Below are positions 13,567-25,563 of a stretch of DNA of 64,000 nt, one piece after another (within the stretch, counting starts at the first letter, position 1; every line of letters begins with the position of its first letter). Made by a program: the position numbers and the translations under genes. The DNA is from Amoebidium appalachense. Taxonomy: Eukaryota > Protista > Ichthyosporea. Location of the stretch: NCBI GenBank assembly GCA_963693365.1, contig CAVNZM010000001.1, forward strand, positions 20,530,125-20,594,124, in the 5' to 3' direction. A model generated the notes under the pieces. The model did no database searches, was not told where the DNA came from, and saw only the letters and a list, made by a program, of their open reading frames with translations.

Positions 13567-15296
13567 CTACGTGTGTTCGTGATTCCATTTTAAGCTATGT
13601 ACATTTTCCCTGCCTTGAATGTTGAATGAGAAGGAAAGCAAAAGGCCCGGTTGCGTGTATCTATCAAATGTAAAGAAGGCACCCCCAACTGTGAAGTTCA
13701 CATCCTGCCGTTTCTCCCTCCCACAGTGCTGAAGTACCCCTCGATGTTGTCGAATACCTCGTACAGCCCAAACTCGTTCACCACCAGCACACGCTGCTCG
13801 GACCTGCAAGACGCACTGTTAATCTACACCTTTCGCTGAGCCAAGTCAACGTTTTGGTGTGGTAGGGATAGTGAACGATAGCAAGGTTTCCGTGTACTCA
13901 CAACTTGAAGCTATGAACAGCTGGTAAAAGAGGAACCTTAACGACAGAGACCGTTGCCTGCACAAAAACATATGTATTCATTCGGCTGTGTGTTCTACTG
14001 TTTTCAGTGCACAAGGCACACCATAACCTCGCACCTGTCTCTGGGCAGGGCGGGCACGGCTGGGCCGTGCGTGTTCGCGTACACTGTGGCCAGGGTGGCG
14101 GCAGCAGCGACCAGCACGGGCAGGCGTCCGGCCTGCACTGGCACGAGGGTGGCAGCCAGAATGTGCATGGCCGTAAGTAAGAACTATGCAGCCTCTGAGC
14201 CCTCTTAGACCAGCAGTGTACGTAGCTATTGCACGGTGGCACAAACCACTTGATCAAACGTTCACTGACCTGTCAAAGAGTTTGACCGTTGCACAAGAGC
14301 CTCTGAGAGCAAGCTTCGTTCTGGTTCGACCCCTGTGAGGCTGGCTCAGCCATCCGATTGGCTGACCATCAGTCATGACGTCACTTTGGAATGTCCATCC
14401 AGGCTGTGAAATTAGGGGGTTTAGGGCCAGAAAGTTTTCCCTGAAAGTTCGAAAATTGTCCCTTACTTTTCGCGGTTAGGTCCATAAACTTCTTAAAAAT
14501 TGGCCCTAACAGAGCCAAATATATATTAGAAAAGTGGCACCTAAAAACGCTTGTTGGCTCCAGGCTGGTGGAAAGCTGCCGAATTAGCAATAGCAAAAAA
14601 CAGCTTTCACACCCTGTGTCCATCAAAACCAACGTGACTCAGGAGTCAAGACCATGAACCGCAAAGTTTCGGGTCAGCCGGACATCGTAGACCTTTGCCC
14701 GAGTGTGGAACAAGAGATACAAACGGCCTGAAAAAATAAACTTTTAATATCATGAAGAAAAAAATAGTTACCATGTCTTTTTCGAATGGTCTCATCTTTT
14801 ACCTACTGTACCTCACCGCGGGTAATGAGCCTTACTCTAGATCTCCAAACTTCGGAAAGAACGAATCGAGCCAAACAATGTGATTTGGTAAATTTCTTTG
14901 ACCCGAATTGACCCGTAACTGTCGACCCGGGTCGCAGTGGCTCACGCGTATCATCTACGGTTTAAAATTTAGAACCCTGGCTGCGGCTGCCGTTTTGCCT
15001 GTGACGGTGTCGGCCAGGCCGTGCAAAGGAGACGTACAACTGTGATTGCTTGTAAAAGTTAGTAGGGGTATGTAGGAGTGAATAGCACCTGCGTCCGTGA
15101 GCGCTAAGGGGTTGTCTTAGCAGTTAGCAAAAAGCCCTTTGATTAGGGCTTGCTGCAGTCACCGTAGGGAGCTTGAGGTAGGGCATAGGAGGGGCTTGCT
15201 TACTGCAAGCGCAAACCATTATCTTTGGTAGACAGACAGGACCGTTTGTTCACGACACGTAGGGATAGCTCGGCTGCGCTGCTCAGCACAGGCAAC

Positions 15297-17385
15297 ATGG
15301 CGGGGGGCGGGCAGTTCCGGCTGGACGAGCTTGAGGGGCTGATGCTGCCGGACGACCCGAGTGTTGCGGCCCGGTGGCAGCAGCAGGAGGCGCTCAACTG
15401 GCAGCAGCAGCAGCTGCAGCTGCAGCAGCAGCTGCTGGAGGACCGCCAGCTATACCAGCGCCAGCTGTTGCCCTCCACTCCGCGCGCCCGCGCGCAGGGC
15501 CTGCAGCAGCAGTACTCGCACCAGAGCGCCTCCGGGGGGCTGCCGCTGGGTCTGGACGGTATGGTCGGCCACAGGTTCTCGCCCGTCCAGCAGCCCTTCG
15601 AGCAGTTCGACCTGGGCCAGAGGCCCACGCGCATAAACTCGCAGGCCGGCAACATGGGCCTGCAGCCCACACAGGTGACTGCCCTTGCATGACCCGTGTG
15701 CAGTCTTGGGTGCGGCCACATACTTGCACCCTGCTTATGGTTCTTAGTGCATAACCGTACAAACAGGAGGCGTGTTGTTGGTAGTGGCATACACCGGAGG
15801 CTTGTGGTTATGTGCACATGCAACAAAACACATGTGAATGCCAAGAGACAGCCACCTTTGCAGACACCGTAAAACCTGCGCACAGGCGCTGAGGATTACA
15901 CACAGGCTTACTCGGTTGCTTGTGCGTGCTTACTACTCTGACGGCCTGCTAAATGCAAAAAGGGTGGAGAGCAGATCATGTTTGCTTTGTCTTTTTCTGT
16001 GACCAAAGGTGGTGGGGTAATTGCTATACAATCCGTGTCATCTGTCTGCGCTTTTGAGGCTCTATTGTGCATCAGGTGGGGCTATGGAGGAGGAGGGTAG
16101 ACACGTAATGGGTAGCAGAATTATGCCTGGAGTGAAAAGGTTTCCATGACTGGAGTGGGGAAGGAGGGCAGGGCTTTTATGGGATAAAAGGGGATTCGAT
16201 AGAGGGGCTCTGCTGAGTCTTTCTGGAGAGGGGGAAAAAAGAGGCTAGATAGATGGAGATTGTGGTGGGGATAGTGTATTGCCACGGCGTCTTGCCCTGT
16301 GTGTGCTGTGGCTAACATGGCCCGGCAGCTGGACGGGCTGGGCATGGGGGGGGTGCAGAACTTCAACGTGCAGAGCCCCTTCAGCGAGGCCAGCTTTGGG
16401 CAGGGCCCGGAGCTGCACAGCCTGATGCAGCCCATGTTGGACCAGCCTCACACCACGCCGGTGCTCAACCTCAACTTCCAGGACCTTGCCATTGGCTCCC
16501 CCCACAGTGCCCAGGGCATGTTCCCCCCCCAGTTCCCAAGCACCCCCGTGCAGAGGTCCATGCCGGCCGTGGTGCCGCCACGGGACAACGTGACGGTCAT
16601 ACCGGACCTGCTTGTGATCTGCAACCAGCCCGCACCCTTTGGACGGTTCCGCTACAAGAGCGAGCAGAGAGAGCGCCCGCTGGAGGCCGACAAGGGCTAC
16701 CCGGAGTGCCAGGTGCGGTCCTACACGCACACATACAGACAGGCACACACGTGCATACACCCATGCAGACAAAAACCCACGCAGAGAAAGAGGAAAGGGA
16801 ATAGTTGCTCACCAGCACTGCAGTACACACTCTCGCCGTGTTAGGCCACCGATAATGAGCCCATCCCACCATGTCTCCTGCCTTGCCCATGGCCATCTCT
16901 GTCTTGTCCGTTGCACGGCCGACACAACTAACATTCCCCCCTGCAGATCAACCCCAAATACCACAAACTCGTGCCACCCGGCACACCCATCACCGTACGG
17001 CTGGTCACAAAGGTATGGGTCGTGCACTTGCCTGTGTGCTGGGTTGCACCAGATGGTTGTTGTGTGTCCGTGTGCTATGCACTGTGACACATTCCTTCTA
17101 CCAAATGAGTGGGGATAGCTTTCCAAGAGGACAGGCACAATCTGTTTGCAACTTTTCCACTGTGGGAGTATCATTTGGATGCCATGTGATACTACGAGTT
17201 GTGTGCACGTGCAAAATGTTTTGTTCACTGCATCATAACCCCCCCCCCCCCCCCCCCTCCCCCCCCCCCCCCCCCCCTTCCCCTGTTCGGGGCAACGAAG
17301 GTGGAGCCGAAAAGAGGTCATGGCGGGTAGACGAGGTAGGGAACTGGAGGAGGTTGAAACAGTGTGGCATTTGTTTAGGTGGTTG

Positions 17386-17429
<44 letters not shown>

Positions 17430-18009
17430 GAAGTTTGCACACAGGATCGTACACGCACACACATATGGGATTAGTGAGAGTGTGTGTGTGCTGCCAGGGT
17501 GTGCATGATGTTGGGGTTTCAGGTGCATGCCTGTGTGTGAACTTGTATGTGGCAAAGTGTGTTTAATATAGCACACCTGGGGACCTCTTTATAGCCTCAA
17601 AGGCAGTGCGTCGTTGTGTGAAGAGTGGTGCTGGTGGTGGTTGTTGTCTGATGCGGTTGTGGTGGTGCTTTGTGGCTGGGCGGCTATGCTGACTGTGCGC
17701 CTCAGACGGTGGATGAGCGGGGTGAGTGCATGGCCCACTTCCACGAGCTGGCTGGCAACACGGAGATGGCGGCCAGCGGCACAGACAGAAAGGCAATGTA
17801 CGTGCACACACACACGTCAAAGTGGTGCTTGGAAGTGTTCTGGCCCCATCAATAATGTTATTATTTTTGATTATGTATTTATATATTATTTTTGTTAATA
17901 TTATTTTCTTGGGGAGGGGGGGGGGGGGGGGGGGGGGGGGATAAGGGACTGGGATGACATGAAGATGTGCTTTGGTGGGGAGGGGGGATGAGATGAATGT
18001 GTGCTCTGC

Positions 18010-18040
<31 letters not shown>

Positions 18041-19539
18041 AAAACTCCCCCCGGATTTTTTTTTTTTTGGGGGGGGGGGGGGGGAGGGGGGGGGGGGCTT
18101 ATGAATGTGTGCTGTGGGGGGGGGGGGGGGGGGGAGGATGAGATGAATGTGTGCTTTGCGAGGGGAGGGGGGAGGATGGGAGGAGAAGGATGGGTATCAG
18201 TGCGTGCTGGGTTGGGGCTTTTTCCGGGGGGAGTTGAGGGGGGGGGGGGGGGGGCAAGGAAGGAGAGGATAGTGTGAATGTGTGGTTGATCCTACCTGCA
18301 TGTGTGTGGTCTGAGGGGAGCAGCAGGAGGAGGGAGTGGTGGTGCGGCCAGGTGCTCACTGATTGGATGGCAGGTTCGACAACCTGACGGTGCTGATGTC
18401 CAAGCAGACCGGCCACACTGACTCCTCCGTGGCAAGGAGAAACAAGGTGCACCCCTGCACATGTGCTCTCTGACCAGCCTGCTGCGTGCACATAGGCACG
18501 TGTGGTGTGTTTGCACAGACACTGGCGCACACACACACTCACATATACGCCCGTTGCTCCACTCTCTCTCTCTGTATCCGTTACTCTTCTTTTCTCGTTG
18601 TTGGTTGTGCCCCATTGCTCCAGCTTCCCGATGGGCCCTACCGGAGGATGGGCTCTGCTTATTTTGCATGTTGTGCACGTTGCTGATGCTGCCTGCTTGA
18701 ATGTTTGCTTTTTCCTATGTCCTTCACCGTGCTCTCGTCGTGTAGTTGTACTTCATAACTTGTTGTCCATTTTAATCCCCTCCCCTTCCCCCCTGCCCTC
18801 CCCCCCCCCCCCCCCCTCCCCCCCCCCCCCCTCCCCCTGCAGGCTGTTTAAGCACTGGTTTCATTTTGTGTACACGCACCCACACACGCACATAACCGCG
18901 CAACACACACACACGCAAACATACACACACGCGCACGCGTGACCATACACACACTCTTCCCATTTAGCTCTCCTTCGCGCACCCTTTGGCCCGATTCCCT
19001 TTCCTCCGTCTCCCCCTTCCTCCCCCCCCCCCCCCCCCCCCCTCCCCCCCCCCCTCCCCTCCCCTCTCTATCTACCTCTCTTGCTCTCCCCTCCCACCCA
19101 CCCTCCCCCTTTCCCCCCCCTCGCCCTCTCACAACCCACACACACCCATGCATAGACACACAACTCAGCAAGTCTCACTCACACCTCTCCCCCTCCCCCC
19201 CCCTCCCCCCCCCCTTTTGTCCCCTCCCCCCGCTCACATAGCTCCCTCCTTTCCTGAGGGCCAAACTCTTTGCCGTTTACACCTCCTCTTTCCCCAAATG
19301 CAAGTGTCCCCTTTCCTGCACACGTGCCACACAACGTGCTACATAGCTGGGGCCTTGTCCTCTCCCCTCAAGCATTCTCTTACTGTAGCGGAGTGCCGGA
19401 GTGCACAGCACAACGAATCGGCAGCTGCATGTGTTCATATAAAATATTTTGGAGCTGTTTAGGACGAAGGGTCACTAGAAGGCTTGAGCTGACTTTCTTC
19501 CGTGCTTTTCTTTTCTTTCTTTTTTTTTTTTTTTGTGTG

Positions 19540-19632
<93 letters not shown>

Positions 19633-20553
19633 GCGCGCACGCGCGCGGTGCAGAGCGAGAGGATGTGTGTATGTGTGCGTGTTTGTGACACTATGTACGT
19701 GTGGGGCAGAAAGATGGGGGGAGATGGTGGGGGCACTACCTTGTTTGTGGGTCTTCAGTGATCGCCGTGGCGTGGAATATAAACCCCGTGGTTGCTGTGT
19801 GCACTTGGTGTTTGGTGGGGGCTGACACTGTGTGCACTTGATGTTTGGTGGGGGCTGACACTGTGTGCACTTGCAATAGGTGTTTGGTGGCTGCTGACAC
19901 TGTGTGCACTTGGTGTTTGGTGGGGGCTGACACTGTGTGCACTTGATGTTTGGTGGGGGCTGACACTGTGTGCACTTGCAATTGGTGTTTGGTGGGGGCT
20001 GACACTGTGTGCACTTGGTGTTTGGTGTGGCCTTACACTGTGTGCACAGGAGGACCAACGTGCCGTGCGGCTGCGGTTTGAATGCTACTTCAACAGCCAG
20101 GGCAGCACATTCTATGGCGTGGCTACCTCACAGCCGGTCTTCAACGGTGTGTGCATGCACGGCCACACATGTGCTCACAGACACACACGTGCACACAGTC
20201 ATGCACACGCACGCACACACACACACACACACGCACACACAAACACACACACACACATACACACACACATCACCTTATGCCTACTACTTCTTTGCTTGCA
20301 CGCACCATGTGCAGCTGCATATTGTTCCCCATTCTCGGTGACTTGTCTCGTTTGTGTCGTGTTGCCGTTGTGGGTAGGTCTGCTATGTGATGGGTATATG
20401 CCAGAACGTGTGTCTGTAATGCTTCATTGGAAATCCCCCCTCCACCCCCCCTCTTTCCTCAACATTGCACACACATACACACACACACGTCTTTCCTTCC
20501 TCCCAACATTACCATCCCCCCTCCTCCCCCCCCCCCCCCCCCCCCCCTCTCTT

Positions 20554-20635
<82 letters not shown>

Positions 20636-20815
20636 AATCAAAAAAATCAAAAAAATCAAAAAAAAAAAATCAAAAAAATCAAAAAAAAAAAAACATATAC
20701 ACACCTCCCGTCGTTTGTCCAGCAAAACACCACCTTGCCCCCTGCCCCCCCCCCCCCCCCCCCCCCCCCCTTCCCCCCCCCCGGTCTCGACCCCACACAC
20801 AGGCACACACGCGCG

Positions 20816-20877
<62 letters not shown>

Positions 20878-22049
20878 GCTATGCCGGCTGCTCATCCACA
20901 TGCCCCTGCAGCCAAACTCATCATCAATAAGTTGTCGCATGCATTTGGGCCAGCCACCGGCCAGAACGAAATCGTGCTCTTGTGTTCAAAGGTCCGCAAA
21001 GGTGAGGGTTTTTTTTTTGTTTTTTGTTTTTGCTGGGGGGGGGGGGGGGGGGGGGGGGGGAGGGGAATAAGAAGGATGCTGGTGACGGGTAGGTTGTGAA
21101 GAAAGGATCAAAATATGAGGAGGGAGGAGGTGATACGAGGGTAGGGTGCAGTGAAGCAAGTTTGCCTTATTGTGTGTGTGTGTGTTCGAGGGGACCGCGG
21201 GGGGGGGGGGGGGGGGGGGAAGGAAGGGGGAAAAAGGGGGGAGGGGGGGGGGGGGGGGGGGAGAGGAGCTGGTTGTTGATATCAGGAAAGGTGGGGAAAT
21301 GGTTGGGCCAAAGTTTTGAGCACGAGCATGGCGACAAAGAGGGCGTTTCTCCGGCCGGGGGAGGGGGGGGGGGGGGGGGGGGCAATGTTTGCTAGGCGTG
21401 TGCTCACACGGACACGCACACAGGCACCACCACCGTATGTCTGTCCGACGCAATGCTGCAGACAGATGGGCGCCTGTTTACCCCCCAGGATGTGGCGGCA
21501 ATCAAGAGCGACACGTATGTGTGTGTGTGTGTGTGGGGGGGGGGGGGTCTGTGTGCATGTGTGTGCGTCCGTGTTTGCCTGTGCCTGTGCCTCTGCCTCT
21601 GCCTGTGTGTGTGTGTGTGTGCATGCATTCGTGTGTGTGTGTGTGTGTGCGTGCGTGGGGATAGACCGTGCAGTGGGTGGCACGTCTGTTTCTGGGGGCA
21701 TAGAAAGGAGAGTCTGTATGGTGTGTGCTGTCAGGACCATGGAGTGCCCTGCCAGCCCTCTCACGGGACCATGTGCCTTTGGCTGATACGTTGGCATGCA
21801 CTTTGGGGGGAAGCTTCGAGGTTTTTTTTTTCCTTCTTCTTTTGGGATAGTGGTGAAGGTGGGGTTGCATATATGCAGGTGGGGTGTGAGAGTTAGCAAT
21901 ACCAGGGTGGGGTGACGGTTTCTGGTTGCCCTGACGTGGTGGATGCAGGGCGCAGTGGCGCATGGAGCCGGGCACCAACATGGGCATCTGCGTGCTGCCC
22001 GTGCGCTACCTGGCTTTCCACCACCAGTACGCAATGTATGCTCCCTTCC

Positions 22050-22082
<33 letters not shown>

Positions 22083-22806
22083 CTTTTTCTTCTGGAAACA
22101 CCACGGCACACCTAACACTTTCGCACGGGTGTGTGAAGGCAGGAGTGTGAGGGTCTAAGAATGATCAACTAGGCTCTTTGGTGACAGCAGATTAAAGGGT
22201 GGAAATGAGGGTATTTTAAGCCGTGTAGATTGCTGCATAGTGGGTGATGGGTGCCAACCCATAGTGGTTAGGTGTCACCGAGCAATCCGAGGTTTGTTCA
22301 GATTTTATTGTTTGTTTTTATAAGAACTTGTATGTTGCTTTGTTAAATCAATAGCACTAGGTCTCACACCTTAGACCCCGTCTCCATACACATATGTCTG
22401 GCTGGCATGCAACCTGTATTGTCACCCTGCTGACGTGTGGCTCTGTCAGTGTTGTGGAGATGCCCCCCCACCACAATGCCAGCACCAGCGAGCCCGTGCG
22501 CATCCACATCCAGATAGTCGACTTTGAGGACGGCACAGAGTCCCCCCCCGTCATGTACACCTACATCCCATCAGGTACAAATGGACCAACCCTCCCCCCC
22601 CCCCCCCCCCCCCCCCTCCCTCCCCTCCCCCCTCCCCCCCTCCCCCTCCCCCCTCCCCCCCTTGCCTCCGTCATGTACACCTATATCCTCCCAAATCGGG
22701 CCGTGTCCTGGCCATGGGGAGCTCGGCCTTAAGTGGATACTTCTACACACCTGCCCGTGGCTGCACACACACACACACACACACATGTACATAGACACAC
22801 ACAGTA

Positions 22807-22883
<77 letters not shown>

Positions 22884-23082
22884 TATACATAAGCACGGGC
22901 GGGACACATAAACACACACACACACTAGTACCCACGGGAGCACATATAGCCACGCAAACACTCCTCACTCATTCACTCCTACACGCGCACACACACACAC
23001 ACACACATACACACACACACACTTGACATGCACTCATATGCACAGCAACACCTGCAGTCACACGGTCGTGCTCATGCTCTTT

Positions 23083-23113
<31 letters not shown>

Positions 23114-23417
23114 CCACTGCATGCTAACGTGGTTGTGTTCAGATGATGTGCGACAAGCGCGTACGCAGGAGACAAAGAAACGGCGCATGGACGAGGGCAT
23201 GCGAGAGTTCTGGCAGCAGTTCCAGCAAGGTGTGTGTGTGTGTGTGGGTGGGTGGGTGGGTGGGTGGGTGGGTGGGTGGGTGGGTGGGTGGGTGGGTGGG
23301 TGGTGGTGGTGGAGGGGGGGGGGGGGATGGTTGTGATCACGATGAGTACAGGTGCTCCAGTGTTCGTGTGTATGGTTAGTTGTGGGTGAATGGGTGGGTA
23401 GTGTTACTTGCCTTTTT

Positions 23418-23471
<54 letters not shown>

Positions 23472-23604
23472 GTGGAGGGGGTGATCGTGTGTCTTGTTCT
23501 GTAATCGTGTTTTTTTGCAGGAGATTTTGTTGGAAGAGGATGTGGTTTGAACGAGCACAAACTAATGCTGTTTTATTTCCCCCCCCCGCCAACCACCACC
23601 ACAA

Positions 23605-23642
<38 letters not shown>

Positions 23643-23779
23643 CACACACACACACACACACACACAGTCGCTCTCCCCTGTCAATCCCAACCTTGCCCTA
23701 CACACACACATTCACATGCACCCATGCACGGACATGCACCCGTACAGAGCCGGGGCGGCGAACAGAAAGCAGCGGATGA
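15297..23779 (+). CDS. Rel homology domain (NF-kB-like) transcription factor, ~533 aa, 12 exons (15297-15674, 16329-16712, 16947-17012, 17706-17797, 18374-18446, 20050-20146, 20912-21001, 21424-21514, 21949-22035, 22450-22574, 23143-23229, 23748-23779)
   Basis: RHD motifs occur in order: LVICNQPAPFGRFRYKSE, GYPECQI, VRLVTK, AHFHELAG, FDNLTVL, DQRAVRLRF, SQPVFN. IPT-domain motifs follow: KLIINKLSHAFGPATGQNEIVLLCSKVRK, FHHQYAIVVEMPP, DGTESPPVMYTYIP. An NLS-like KKRR comes after. All intron phases are consistent. The terminal exon is the least certain. Confidence 0.9.
19795..20049 (+). repeat. 33/39-bp minisatellite at the 3' end of a Rel-gene intron
   Basis: Units of ctgacactgtgtgcacttg(g/a)tgtttggtggggg. 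CTGAC starts at 19822, 19855, 19894, 19927, 19960 and 19999, and the final CTTAC at 20032. Confidence 0.9.
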
Positions 23780-24629
23780 TTGCAGATGTGACCAACGGCA
23801 CATGACTCCGACCAGACATGTTTTATAGCCTCAGCCTTAATGGTCCTGCTTTATCACTATTTTGTTACAGATGTTTGTAGCCACTGCAAGGAGGTGTCGG
23901 GAGCAGCACCTGAGCACATGCACACACACCACTATATAGTTAAAATAGCTCAGTTATGTGCATGCTGTGTGCCTGCATGCACATATGACTGCAGAAATAC
24001 ACAAACAGATAAGCAAATAATCGCCATTTAATGGTTGTCCCCACTTTTCCACACGGCACATTTACGGTTAGTACCCACCCACCTATCATATGGGGCCTGC
24101 ATGGCTCTTTGTATAGCACATAGATGTCCCTCGTGTGACGTGTAACACCACACACACGAAAAATTCTTTAATGAGGTAGCTTTTTTTTTTTTGAAGCTTT
24201 ATGTTGGCAATGTTGCTTTAATCCCACATGGCAGGTGGATGCCTGTGGCGGGCCCATGTGCACTGTGTGCAGCACGGGGTCAAATAAACGTGTTAAAGGT
24301 CAAATACGTGCGATATCCGGGAGCCGTGGCTGGTGTGCTAGTGACTAGTTGAGAGCCAGTGGGAGACTGAAGAATGTCATAGGGCGATGGTGTCCCGCTG
24401 AGTGATGTACTCTGTCGATGTAAGAATGCCATGTGTGTGTGTCTGTGTGGGCTTTGGGGGGATGCAGAGGGGCAAGCTTGTGTGCACGTGCCATGTTAAA
24501 TTAAACAGGTGGTAGTGCACGTGGTGCCAAGGAGTTTGGGGGGATAGGTGGGGGTGTTGCACAATCTTGTCTGTGTGTGTTTTGTAAGATGTACGTGTGT
24601 GCGTGTTTGTGCACGTGTACGTGTGGAGA

Positions 24630-24676
<47 letters not shown>

Positions 24677-25266
24677 CTTGACGTGATACATATGTCGCAA
24701 AGGCCGGAGTTAGGGAGAATAGATGAAACAGAAAAGATTGCAAGGTGTGTGTGTGTGTGGACGGAAGGGCCCGACGTGGGGTGCGTGTGGATCAAGTGGC
24801 GGGTGGTGCCAGGGGATTGGGGAGAACAGGTTGGGGTGATGCGCGTATCCTTCCTGTATAAGTACGTGTGTACGTGTGTTTGTGCAGGACCTCGAGACGC
24901 TCGAGGGGGTTGGGGGGGGGAGGGGAGTGGGGGGCCCGGGGGGGAGTCTCTTGTCTGCGTATATTTTTCGTGTGTACACATGTGTTTTTGGTGGCGGCGG
25001 CGGTGGTGTGTGTGTGTGTGTGTGAGCGAGGGCAGGGGAGGGGTTGAAGGGGGCGGAAGGAGTCCTTTGTGTATATAATCTTTCGTGTGTGCGTGTGTTT
25101 TGGTGGCGTGTGTTCATCTATATGTGTGTGTGTGTGTGTGTGTGTGTTGTTGTTGGGGGGGGGGGGGGGGGGGGGGGGGGTTGCAGGTGAAGTGATGGGT
25201 GGTGGGGTTGGCAAGAACTGGGTAAATGGTTTGTCGATGTATGTGTGTACATGCATGTGTGTGTGT

Positions 25267-25297
<31 letters not shown>

Positions 25298-25563
25298 AGG
25301 GGGGGGGGAGACACGAGCTGAACCAAGGTTTCCTCACATGTCACGTTTATATATTCAACATCACTCGACTAGATTTTCATCAGAGAGGGCTGGACTAGCA
25401 CCTCTGCACTGCACTAAGGTTGGCGACCAGCACCATGCCATACAACACCATTAATTACGTCACCAGCAACCACTGTACACGTGGTGGAAGAGGGTCGGAA
25501 AACAAAAAAAACACGTTCAAATCACTATCATATCAAATGAAAAAACACTACCGAGGGACGGGT

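Noticed and set aside
13567-14632. Short ORFs between Asterix and the Rel gene
   Set aside because: No recognisable domain or consistent splice chain; probably intergenic or decayed repeat.
19795-20049. CRISPR-like appearance of regular ~33-bp repeats (also 61980-62210)
   Set aside because: Units are contiguous with no unique spacers, there are no cas genes, and the context is a eukaryotic intron.
19459-20058. Minus-strand ORF with KCTQCQPPPNT repeats resembling a CxxC zinc-finger array
   Set aside because: It is the antisense translation of the intronic 33/39-bp minisatellite.
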